A DNA stretch of 64,000 nucleotides from Gemmatimonadota bacterium (GTDB taxonomy: Bacteria; JBHIER01; G020348925). The translations under genes were made by a program, and so were the position numbers. Of the stretch, positions 9,434-18,272 are shown one piece after another. Location of the stretch: assembly GCA_020348925.1 (NCBI GenBank), contig CP070758.1:948469-1012468 (forward strand). Reading direction: 5' to 3'. The notes under the pieces are model-generated. The model was not told where the DNA came from. It saw nothing but the letters and a program-made list of their open reading frames with translations, and ran no database searches. The stretch's first letter is position 1. Each line of letters opens with the position of its first letter.

Positions 9434-10252
9434 TTACCCCTTCAATCCTGTGGTGGCCATACTCTGAATAAAGTGTCTCTGGAAGAAGATGTAGACCACC
9501 AACACCGGGATGGTCAACATCATGGCCGCGGCCAGCCTGACCCCGATCAAGTTTTCCGCTTGTCCCCCCACTGCAAAAAGGGCCACCATCTGCGGCATGG
9601 TCATGATCTCTGTCTTTTTGATGACAATCAGCGGCCACAGCACCTCGTTCCAGGTCATCATGAAGACAATAATACCCACTGTAACCAGAGCCGGCACAGA
9701 AAGAGGCCACACAATCTGGAACAGGATGCGCAGTTCTGAGCAGCCGTCTATCCGAGCTGCATCGATCACATCCTGGGGGATGGCTTTAAAAAACTGTCTG
9801 AAGAGAATTATACCGAAGGCGTTTATCATGTAAGGGACGATGAGGGCCAAATAGGTATCCGTCCACCCCAATTTAACAATGAGCACATACATGGGGATCA
9901 ATGTGATCTGAAAGGGGATCATCATGGTAAAAAGAATAACGGTGAAAATGATCTCTCTGCCCTTAAATTTCAGTCGGGACAGAGCATAGCCCACCATGGA
10001 GCTGAATACTAAAACCGAGGCGGTTACCGAAGCGGATACGATCAGGCTGTTGAAGAACGCTCTGACGACTGGAATCTTTTCCAGGACCAGACGATAGCTC
10101 TCCGCGGTGATGCGGGATCCGAAAAAGGAAAGCTGAGGAATTTCATATTCGGGTTTGAGGGTAGCCGCAGCCATCCACAGAAAGGGGTAGATGAAGGTAA
10201 ACGCCCCTACCATTAAGGCCAGATAGAACAGTGTTCGTTTAAACATTGCCAT
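9434..10252 (-). CDS. Carbohydrate ABC transporter permease (MalG-type)
   Basis: EAA-loop variant DAARIDGCS; multiple TM helices. Confidence 0.93.
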   Translation of the reverse strand: MAMFKRTLFYLALMVGAFTFIYPFLWMAAATLKPEYEIPQLSFFGSRITAESYRLVLEKIPVVRAFFNSLIVSASVTASVLVFSSMVGYALSRLKFKGREIIFTVILFTMMIPFQITLIPMYVLIVKLGWTDTYLALIVPYMINAFGIILFRQFFKAIPQDVIDAARIDGCSELRILFQIVWPLSVPALVTVGIIVFMMTWNEVLWPLIVIKKTEIMTMPQMVALFAVGGQAENLIGVRLAAAMMLTIPVLVVYIFFQRHFIQSMATTGLKG

Positions 10253-10267
10253 CTCTTTCTCGTGGAA

Positions 10268-11167
10268 TTACGTGTACGTATCCGTCTCCACAATCTTCCG
10301 CTGCACCAGAACCACGCTCAGAATCACCGCGGCCAGAACAAACCCCATGCTCGCCGCGTAGCCCATTTTGTAGAAGCTGAAGGCCTCCTTATAAATATAC
10401 AAAAAGGTGGAAAGGGTACTGTTGAGAGGCCCTCCGCTCGTCATCACATAGGGCTCGATGAAGAGGGAGAAACCGTTGATGGTCGATAGGATGACCACCA
10501 GAACAACCACCGGATTGATGACCGGGATCGTTATTTTCAGGAACTGTTGAATCTTTGATGCACCGTCCAGTTCGGCCACCTCGTACAGATTCCTGGGCAC
10601 ACTCTGTAGACCGGCTAAGAAAAGGACCACGTAGAAGCCAACGTTCTTCCAGGTGGCCATAATGGCGATGGAGGGCATGGCCAGCGTAGTGCTCGTCAGC
10701 CACGGCACTCGTGACAGTCCCAATTTCGAAAGGGATAGATTTATCAACCCGGTGTCGGTCGAATAGAGTTGCTGCCAAAGGATGGTGACCACCACCCCGG
10801 AAATCACCACCGGCAGAAAAAAGGCGGCTCTGAAGAATCCCCGGAACCGGATGTGCTGATTCAAAATCTCCGCCAGAACCAGAGCCACGGCGATCTGCAG
10901 GGGAATATGGATGATCAGGAACCGAGCCGTATTCCACAGCGATTTCCAGAACAGAGGGTCGTGAAGAAGTGTCGCAAAATTCCCCAGACCGATCCACTGC
11001 ATGGGGCCCACGATGTTCCAGCGGTGAAAAACAAGAATAAAAGAGAAGATCAAAGGGTAGGCGGTAAAAACGAGAAAAAAGATGATATAGGGCAGAACAA
11101 AGAGATAGCCAGCTCTATCACCCTTCTCCTTCTCCGTCTGGATGGGGGTTCTCTGCTCCATAACCAA
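10268..11167 (-). CDS. Carbohydrate ABC transporter permease (MalF-type)
   Basis: LYEVAELDGAS loop; TM helices. Confidence 0.93.
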   Translation of the reverse strand: MVMEQRTPIQTEKEKGDRAGYLFVLPYIIFFLVFTAYPLIFSFILVFHRWNIVGPMQWIGLGNFATLLHDPLFWKSLWNTARFLIIHIPLQIAVALVLAEILNQHIRFRGFFRAAFFLPVVISGVVVTILWQQLYSTDTGLINLSLSKLGLSRVPWLTSTTLAMPSIAIMATWKNVGFYVVLFLAGLQSVPRNLYEVAELDGASKIQQFLKITIPVINPVVVLVVILSTINGFSLFIEPYVMTSGGPLNSTLSTFLYIYKEAFSFYKMGYAASMGFVLAAVILSVVLVQRKIVETDTYT

Positions 11168-12250
11168 TCAGATTCTGTTTCCGGTCTCCCGGTCAAAGAG
11201 ATGCAACTTACTGAGATCAAAGATTACATCTATGGTTTCACCCATAGAAATCTGGGTTTGAGGAGATACTCTGGTCATAAAAGGAGTATCGCCCTTTCTC
11301 AAATACAGAAATATCTCATTTCCCATGAGTTCAATGACTTCGGCAGTAGCTCTGACTATTGATCGTTCGGAAAGTCTTGGCTCGGCTGAAATGTCGTGAA
11401 TGTCCTCCGGTCTGATACCCAATACGACCTCTGTTGTTCGCTCCAGCTTCCCCTGAAACGTTTGGGGCATGCTCACTCTTATGTCTTTGCCGACAAAAGT
11501 GTTGTTTTCAATGCTCCCCTGGAAAACATTCATGGGCGGGCTGCCGATGAAGCCGGCCACAAAAAGATTGGCCGGACTGTTGTAAAGGTTGAGTGGGATT
11601 TCGATCTGCTGCACTATCCCGTCTTGAATCACGGCGATCCGTTCTCCCATGGTCATAGCTTCCACCTGATCGTGGGTCACATAAATCATGGTGGCTTCCA
11701 GTCGGCTGTGGAGTTTGCTGATCTCGGCTCGCATCTGGACCCTCAGTTTCGCATCCAGATTGGAGAGAGGTTCATCAAAGAGAAAAACTTTGGGTTGACG
11801 CACAATGGCCCTCCCCACGGCTACCCGCTGGCGTTCTCCGCCAGAGAGAGCTTTGGGTTTACGGTGCAGGAGATCGCCGATCCCCAAGATGTCGGCCGCC
11901 TCTCTGACCCTTCTGTCTATTTCGGTTTTGGAACGCTTGCGAAGCTTGAGGGCAAAGGCGAGGTTCTGATATACGGTCATATGGGGATACAGGGCGTAGT
12001 TCTGGAAGACCATAGCGATATCGCGATCCTTAGGGGGAATATGGTTGATCAATACATTATCAATATAAATCTCTCCCCGCGAAAGGCTCTCCAGACCGGC
12101 GATCAACCTCAAGATAGTCGATTTCCCGCACCCCGACGGCCCCACCCAGACCATGAATTCCCGATCTTTCACCTCCAGAGTGACGTCCTTGGCCGCCACG
12201 ACTTGGTTGTCAAAGATCTTGTACACATTTTTTAAGAGGACATGGGCCAT
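11168..12250 (-). CDS. Sugar ABC transporter ATPase (MalK/UgpC family)
   Basis: GPSGCGKS, VFQNYALYPHM, LSGGERQR, DEPLSNLDAKLR and a TOBE domain. Confidence 0.96.
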   Translation of the reverse strand: MAHVLLKNVYKIFDNQVVAAKDVTLEVKDREFMVWVGPSGCGKSTILRLIAGLESLSRGEIYIDNVLINHIPPKDRDIAMVFQNYALYPHMTVYQNLAFALKLRKRSKTEIDRRVREAADILGIGDLLHRKPKALSGGERQRVAVGRAIVRQPKVFLFDEPLSNLDAKLRVQMRAEISKLHSRLEATMIYVTHDQVEAMTMGERIAVIQDGIVQQIEIPLNLYNSPANLFVAGFIGSPPMNVFQGSIENNTFVGKDIRVSMPQTFQGKLERTTEVVLGIRPEDIHDISAEPRLSERSIVRATAEVIELMGNEIFLYLRKGDTPFMTRVSPQTQISMGETIDVIFDLSKLHLFDRETGNRI

Positions 12251-12268
12251 GTGGTCCTCCTGAAGAAG

Positions 12269-13576
12269 TTATTTTCGCCTCAATATCTTTTCGCTTCGGA
12301 TGGCCGCATCTCGAACGGCCTGTTGAGGATCCTTCCTCCCATAGATGCAACAGGCTTCATACTCCTGGGAGATGGCCTCAAAGACCTCCTGGAGGTAGGG
12401 CGAGTTGTCCACTCCAACCGTATGGGGCAGGAGGGCGGCGAACTTCTCCATCATCGGATTCCTTCGGAAATAATCCTGAAAAGTCGTATCTGACAAAAGA
12501 GCTTTGCGCAGGGGAAGTTGATCACAGATTTCCAGAAGGCGCAGATCATTGTCCGTGCCAAGCATAAATTTTACAAACTCCCAGGCTTGCTGGGGATACT
12601 TGGTTGTACCAAAAATGGCAATGTTTTTATAATCACCATATGTCACCTGGGAGCCCTGATACTCATCGGGTACTGGTAGGGGAGCAATGTCGTATTCGAA
12701 ACCCTCGGGCTTATTCTTTTCCGTGTGGGCGATGTTCCAGGGACCAGTAATGTGAACGGCCACTTTACCCTGCAGAAAGGCATCCCCGGTGAATGAAACC
12801 CTGGGGAAATATCCCTTTTGATAACCCTCGGCCCAGAATTGAAAAACCCGGACCGCTTCCCGATTGTCAAAATCCACCTGGCCATCTTTCAGCAACGTGT
12901 GACCACCTGATGCGACGATGTAGAAGACATAAAAATCGAAGAGCCGTTCCCGCCATTCAGCCCTCATATTGGGATCGGCAACCCATCGGTCGTATTGTCC
13001 GTCGCCGTCGAGATCCGTAGTGAGTTTGGCCGCTGCACTCATGAATTCGGAATACGTTTGTGGTGGACTTCCGATATGGGCATCCCTGAACAACTTCGTA
13101 TTATATTGCATCATGATCGGGTTTCCCTTCCACGGCACTTGATAGATGTGACCGTCCGGGGACCGGAAGGATTCTATCAACTCCCTTGGCGTCCGATCTT
13201 CCATGAATGTCTCAAAATCCTCGAATTGATCAACTGCCACCAGAGCCCCTGCCTCCACGAATTGTCCGGTTACACCGGGCCAGATGTTGGAACAGACATC
13301 AGGCGTCGTTCCCCCGGCAATGGCCGCCAGGAGCACCTCCTCGCCCGACCGGCTCTCGGGCAGTGGCTGCATGATTAGCCGAACATCAGGGTGGGATTCG
13401 TTCCACCTCTTCACCACCTCCTCGGCCAGATCGATCTCCTGCTGGTTGGATGACGGCCAATAGACGAGCTCGACTTTGCCGTCCTTTTCCCCGGTCTTAG
13501 AACTGCAACCGAAAATAATGATGGCACACCCGGTAAGGGCCAGCAACACAAGGGAGAGTTTTTTAAACACGTTCAC
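12269..13576 (-). CDS. Sugar ABC substrate-binding lipoprotein
   Basis: Lipobox IFGC; AIAGGTTPDV, YNTKLF and FLQGKVAVHITGPW SBP family-1 motifs. Confidence 0.92.
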   Translation of the reverse strand: MNVFKKLSLVLLALTGCAIIIFGCSSKTGEKDGKVELVYWPSSNQQEIDLAEEVVKRWNESHPDVRLIMQPLPESRSGEEVLLAAIAGGTTPDVCSNIWPGVTGQFVEAGALVAVDQFEDFETFMEDRTPRELIESFRSPDGHIYQVPWKGNPIMMQYNTKLFRDAHIGSPPQTYSEFMSAAAKLTTDLDGDGQYDRWVADPNMRAEWRERLFDFYVFYIVASGGHTLLKDGQVDFDNREAVRVFQFWAEGYQKGYFPRVSFTGDAFLQGKVAVHITGPWNIAHTEKNKPEGFEYDIAPLPVPDEYQGSQVTYGDYKNIAIFGTTKYPQQAWEFVKFMLGTDNDLRLLEICDQLPLRKALLSDTTFQDYFRRNPMMEKFAALLPHTVGVDNSPYLQEVFEAISQEYEACCIYGRKDPQQAVRDAAIRSEKILRRK

Positions 13577-13684
13577 CTTCCTTTGTAGCAGACTAACATC
13601 TGTGCTCCGTCACCCCGTCTCTATTCCTTAAACTGTGGATTGTCCATTGCTTTGGAAAGAGGGCTGTTCGATTTTTAGTATCTG

Positions 13685-14707
13685 TCAGACCTTTGTAGCA
13701 CCACAGGAGCCTCTGACTATCAGTTCTGTAGCGATGAGTGTTTTTTCATTGAATTTGTCTCCGGAGTCAATGAGTTCAACAATTTTTCGTACGGCCAAAG
13801 TACCCATCTCTTCCTTGGGCACCCTCATTGTAGTCAGTGGAGGATGAGTATGTGTGGCGACCTCAATATCATCGAAACCAACGACGGCCAAATCATCAGG
13901 GACTTTTAATTGGGCTTCCCTCGCCGCACGAATGCTACCCATGGCCATGGAGTCGTTCGTGGCAAAAAGAGCGGTCGGCGGAGTGGACAATTTTAGCAAT
14001 TTCCTGGCGGCTCGATAGCCATCCTCTGCAGAAGAGTCGGGTAGGTCTTTTGCCACCAAGCTGCTGTTTTTAGGCAGCCCAAACTCTTCCAAGGCCTGTC
14101 CGTACCCCTTGAATCGGTCACTGATGCTGGGATGATCAATTGTACCTCCGATGAATCCAATGCGACGGTGACCCAGCCTGATGAGGTGAACGACAGCTTC
14201 ATAAGCACCCTGAAGATTATCAATGAGCACTGAGGGAAACTTGCCTTCTTTGGGGAAATAATCGATCAACACTACAGGGATACCCGAGTTCTTTATATAC
14301 AAAATCAGTGCATCGCTGACCTTTCCAGTTAATATTACCCCATCGACGTTCTTCTCCATGAGATAGCGTGGGATTGATTTTTTGGGGTTAAATTCTTCAT
14401 GAACAGTCGTCAGCAAGACATAGTAATTATGCTTTCGTGCCTCAAACTCTGTGCCCAGAAATATTCTGGTGTAAAAAGGCTCGGCCTGATAGAAGTATTT
14501 ATCAGCCAGAATAAATCCTATATTTCCAGTCTTTCGGGTGGCTAACACCCTGGCGGACCTGCGAGGATGGTAATTAAGTTCCCGGATTGCTTTCAACACT
14601 TTTTGACGTGTGGCTTGACTGATATGCTTTCCTTCATTAATAACCAAAGAGACGGTCGACTGAGCCACTCCAGCTTTGCGCGCTACATCTTTAATGGTCG
14701 GTGACAT
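13685..14707 (-). CDS. LacI-family transcriptional regulator
   Basis: TIKDVARKAGVAQSTVSLVIN HTH; VVGFDDI...PPLTT. Confidence 0.96.
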   Translation of the reverse strand: MSPTIKDVARKAGVAQSTVSLVINEGKHISQATRQKVLKAIRELNYHPRRSARVLATRKTGNIGFILADKYFYQAEPFYTRIFLGTEFEARKHNYYVLLTTVHEEFNPKKSIPRYLMEKNVDGVILTGKVSDALILYIKNSGIPVVLIDYFPKEGKFPSVLIDNLQGAYEAVVHLIRLGHRRIGFIGGTIDHPSISDRFKGYGQALEEFGLPKNSSLVAKDLPDSSAEDGYRAARKLLKLSTPPTALFATNDSMAMGSIRAAREAQLKVPDDLAVVGFDDIEVATHTHPPLTTMRVPKEEMGTLAVRKIVELIDSGDKFNEKTLIATELIVRGSCGATKV

Positions 14708-14753
14708 TGAGGATCCTTTTTGAAAATGACCACATTTCGAAAAACAATACCGC

Positions 14754-15629
14754 TCAGGTATGGGTGAGGAATCTCAGGAGGTCGGCTTTCGGGATGGTAG
14801 CCACGGCAATAACGCGATCTGCACCCCCATAATACACATAGTACGTGTTATCAACCTCAACGGCTCCGCAGCTGAAGACTACGTTCGGCACGTCTCCATG
14901 CATTTCCCAGGTTTCCTCCGGCTCCAGGATAGGTTCCTTTGGCCAAGCGATTATTTTGGATGGATCTTTGCTATCGAGTAGGGCTACTCCAAGGCGGTAA
15001 CTTCGTTTCTCGTTATAACCATGATAGATAAACAGCCAGCCGTGCTCTGTTTTGAGGGGCGGTCCGGCTGCACCTATCCGTGTTGAGTCCCAGTTGCCTT
15101 TTCGAGGTCTCATGATAATTTGGTGATCGGTCCAATGTACTAAGTCGTCGGAATAAGCAATCCAGATATCGTCGGGAATACGATGAATCATGCAGTAGCG
15201 ATCTCCGTTTTTTTCAGGGAAGAGTGCCGCATCCTTGTCATCTTGGTCAGGGAGAATAACACCATAGCGCTTCCAGGTGATGAAGTTTTCAGTCGAGGCC
15301 AGGCAAACCCTGGTTCCATTATCAGAATAGCCAGCATAAACTATATAGAAGGTGTCCTCGATTCGGGTAAGACGGGGGTCCTCCACACCTCGGACCTCAT
15401 ACTCATTCTCTGGAGAAAAGACGGGCTTGTCAAGACGAAGCCAATCGAAACCATTGGAACTGACGGCATAGCCCAGACGAGAAATATAATTGCTCCCCTG
15501 GGCACGATAAAGCATATGGAAGAGAGCATTGTGATGCACTATAGCAGCATTGAATACATTGAGGCTTTCCCAATCGTGACAGGGATTGGGCTTGAGAATA
15601 GGATTGCCTGAGTAACGTTTGATCTTCAT
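14754..15629 (-). CDS. GH130 beta-mannoside phosphorylase/glycosidase
   Basis: NPIL..WES..VFNAA, YRA, EDPR, KDAALFP, YHG and VPNVVFSCG motifs. Confidence 0.9.
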   Translation of the reverse strand: MKIKRYSGNPILKPNPCHDWESLNVFNAAIVHHNALFHMLYRAQGSNYISRLGYAVSSNGFDWLRLDKPVFSPENEYEVRGVEDPRLTRIEDTFYIVYAGYSDNGTRVCLASTENFITWKRYGVILPDQDDKDAALFPEKNGDRYCMIHRIPDDIWIAYSDDLVHWTDHQIIMRPRKGNWDSTRIGAAGPPLKTEHGWLFIYHGYNEKRSYRLGVALLDSKDPSKIIAWPKEPILEPEETWEMHGDVPNVVFSCGAVEVDNTYYVYYGGADRVIAVATIPKADLLRFLTHT

Positions 15630-15654
15630 ATTCTCTCCTACACTACGAAAAATA

Positions 15655-15703
15655 TCGAACCGCTTCGAATAATTAATGTAAATTATCCTCTAAACGAAGT
15701 CAA
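15655..15703 (-). promoter_or_regulatory. Sigma70 promoter plus LacI-type operator of the GH130-ABC operon
   Basis: Minus strand TTGACT-N17-TACATT; operator (plus-strand TCGAACCGCTTCGA) at 15655-15668. Confidence 0.8.
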
Positions 15704-15904
15704 GTTTTTTTCTAAAAAATCTATTCTACTAAATCTTGACTGCGATATGTACAGGGTTCGCACCCCTATCTATATCTATTATGAAATGATATGAGATTAA
15801 CAGAAATAGAATAAAAATCCCTGGAGGGGTATCAATCACAAGCCCGTTCCATCAAGTAATTTCTGTGATTCTTGGTTGAAATACTGAGCTTTGAAAAAAA
15901 ATCA

Positions 15905-16270
15905 AAAGTGCTGATTTTCTTTGATAATTCACTTTGGGAGAGAGGATTGATTTAGTATCTTCCGACGCTTCCAAGGAGTGATCCGTCGAACACATTCGGG
16001 TAATTTTGGGTCAGCAAATTCATTTCAGGAGAGTGGATAAAAGTTTTAAAATCATTTAATAAGGCCCGCTCCCGCCTCTCTATCTCTCAGTAAAAAATAG
16101 ACTTTTAAAAATCACCACTTAAACTTTAATAAAAAACGCCGGGTTTTTTGTCCGACGCCTACAAAGACTTTTTAGCAGAGTCTTAAAGTGTGGTTATTTT
16201 AAAGATAAATTTCACGTTCACATTATCATGAAAGCTGTATATTTGAACCTAAAATAGCAGAATTCGAGAT
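15905..16270. repeat. Non-coding dispersed repeat, copy 1
   Basis: Exact blocks shared with copy 2 at a constant offset of 8968: 23 nt at 15972, 32 nt at 16035 and 14 nt at 16080. Ends are approximate. Confidence 0.85.
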
Positions 16271-16532
16271 GAGACTTTTATTCGACACTCACCATTGGTA
16301 TCAGGTGCAACAGGGCTACATCGCACAGGGCTATTGATTAACATCAAAGCATTAACAGTTCATCAAAACTCAACTAAAAAATACTGCCTTGTTGTCAGTC
16401 GCATACTTTGTTATACATTTTCATTTAATCCCTTGCTTACTTTCTTTATTGAATCCAAAGCTATCTTTATACTAAGATATGCTCACTTTATCCCGTTACA
16501 ATCTCTTTTTGAAAATTGGCATGAGAATCATT

Positions 16533-18086
16533 TTAGAATCCCGTCGGGAGCATCACAGTGAAAACTGACCCCTCTCTTGGCCGGCTTTCAACAGTAATTT
16601 TGCCATGATGTTCTTGAACAATCTGGTAGCAAATAGATAATCCAAGACTGGTTCTCACAACTGAACTTTTTGTCGTGAAACCAGGGTCAAAAATCGATTT
16701 GAGATCCTCCTGTTTCATACCCTTACCTGTATCGCGAATTGCCACTTTAACCATGTTGTCTTTCAGGGTTGTGGTGATTGTTATTCGCCCCTTATCTTCT
16801 ATAGCCTGGCATGCATTCTTTAATATGTTTAAAAAAACCTGATTCAGTTTGCGTGGCTGGCAAACAAAAGGTGGTATCTCACCGTATTCGCGCACGACTT
16901 CGATACCCCTAAGCAGATCATGTCTGATTAATGCCAGAACGCTATCAAGACCTACATGAATATCCGCCAACGTCGTCTCGGCTTCATCCAATCTGGTAAA
17001 ATTTTTCAAATTTACTATGATTTCATGTAATCGTTCAGTTCCTTGGTCAATTAATTGATCTGCTTTTAAAATAGTCTCCATCACATTTCTTAATTCGTCG
17101 TCTTTGACGGAAGTATCCGGAGCTATATTTTTCAGAGTTGTTTGCAGCCTCATAAGGGCTTTTGACTTGGTCTGTTTCATGCTGCGAATTGCACCTATAG
17201 GTGTGTTGAACTCATGGGTTAATCCCGCCACCAGTTGACCAAGTGAGGCCATTTTTTCCTGGACAATAACCTGTTTTTGCATCTGCTTCAGTGTATTGAG
17301 TGCATCTTCAAGTTCAGAGTTCTTCTGCGTCAATTCCTGAGTTCGATCTTCGACTTTACGTTCGAGGTTAATATTGAGCTCATGCACTTTATCTGATTGA
17401 AAATTTACGATTGCCACAAAATAGAACACGGCCATCATAGTCGTACCGAGATAACTGATGGATGACCACATCTGGCTTTCGACTGGGAAAATAAGTGCCC
17501 CAACATAACCAAACAGAAGCCACATGAACGTACCAACGGTAAGTAAGAGAATGAACCGCTTTTGCGGTTTATTTTCAGTCGTTCTGTAGCTCTTGAAAGC
17601 CATAACAAACAGGTAGATAAAGATTCCTGCAAAAAGAGGAAACATGAACGATCCAACAGGACCGAATTCCACGTCCCAGATATGTTCAGGAGTATCCGAT
17701 ATATCAATGATCAGCTCGGTGAACTGAGCAAGCAATGTGCACACAAGGATAAATAGAAGCGTTGAAATCTGAAAGTATCTGACTTTCATTCCCAGAACCT
17801 TGGCATCCATTCTTTTGTCATACCCGGTGAAGGCAAAGAAGAAAAATATGAGTCCTATTGGAACTACAAAACCTGCTGTAAAAGTTATTCTCATCCAAGT
17901 ATTGATACTTTCTACATTTCCAAATTGGAACCACAGAAAGAAAGCAAACGCGTCTAATGCCAGAGCCAACGTAAAAAGAGAGAAAACTCGATTGATGCGC
18001 TCACGTCTGCGAAATAACCAGGTAATAACCGCAAGCAGGGCACAGAGAACGCCCGAAATCAGCATGGGGACGGAATAAATGTTCAT
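16533..18086 (-). CDS. Membrane sensor histidine kinase (about 7 TM N-terminus, NtrB-like core)
   Basis: EKMASLGQLVAGLTHEFNTP H-box; NQVFLNILKNA, DTGKG, FTTK and LGLSIC. Confidence 0.92.
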   Translation of the reverse strand: MNIYSVPMLISGVLCALLAVITWLFRRRERINRVFSLFTLALALDAFAFFLWFQFGNVESINTWMRITFTAGFVVPIGLIFFFFAFTGYDKRMDAKVLGMKVRYFQISTLLFILVCTLLAQFTELIIDISDTPEHIWDVEFGPVGSFMFPLFAGIFIYLFVMAFKSYRTTENKPQKRFILLLTVGTFMWLLFGYVGALIFPVESQMWSSISYLGTTMMAVFYFVAIVNFQSDKVHELNINLERKVEDRTQELTQKNSELEDALNTLKQMQKQVIVQEKMASLGQLVAGLTHEFNTPIGAIRSMKQTKSKALMRLQTTLKNIAPDTSVKDDELRNVMETILKADQLIDQGTERLHEIIVNLKNFTRLDEAETTLADIHVGLDSVLALIRHDLLRGIEVVREYGEIPPFVCQPRKLNQVFLNILKNACQAIEDKGRITITTTLKDNMVKVAIRDTGKGMKQEDLKSIFDPGFTTKSSVVRTSLGLSICYQIVQEHHGKITVESRPREGSVFTVMLPTGF

Positions 18087-18272
18087 AATAGAATGTCCAA
18101 TCGTGTAAAATATTCATTAACGGAATCACTTTGAAGGGAAAGATGTGAACGTGAGAATCCAATACTCAGCACTCGTTGGACAAAATGGACGAACCCTAAT
18201 ATGAAAAATATCTCCAACGATTTGTGACGAGAGAAGTGGATGCAATCAAATGCTCCAAAACAATAGCAGAAA

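Noticed and set aside
16032-16040. DnaA-box-like TTATCCACT inside the non-coding repeat
   Set aside because: It is a single mismatched box, is not conserved in copy 2, and has no origin context.
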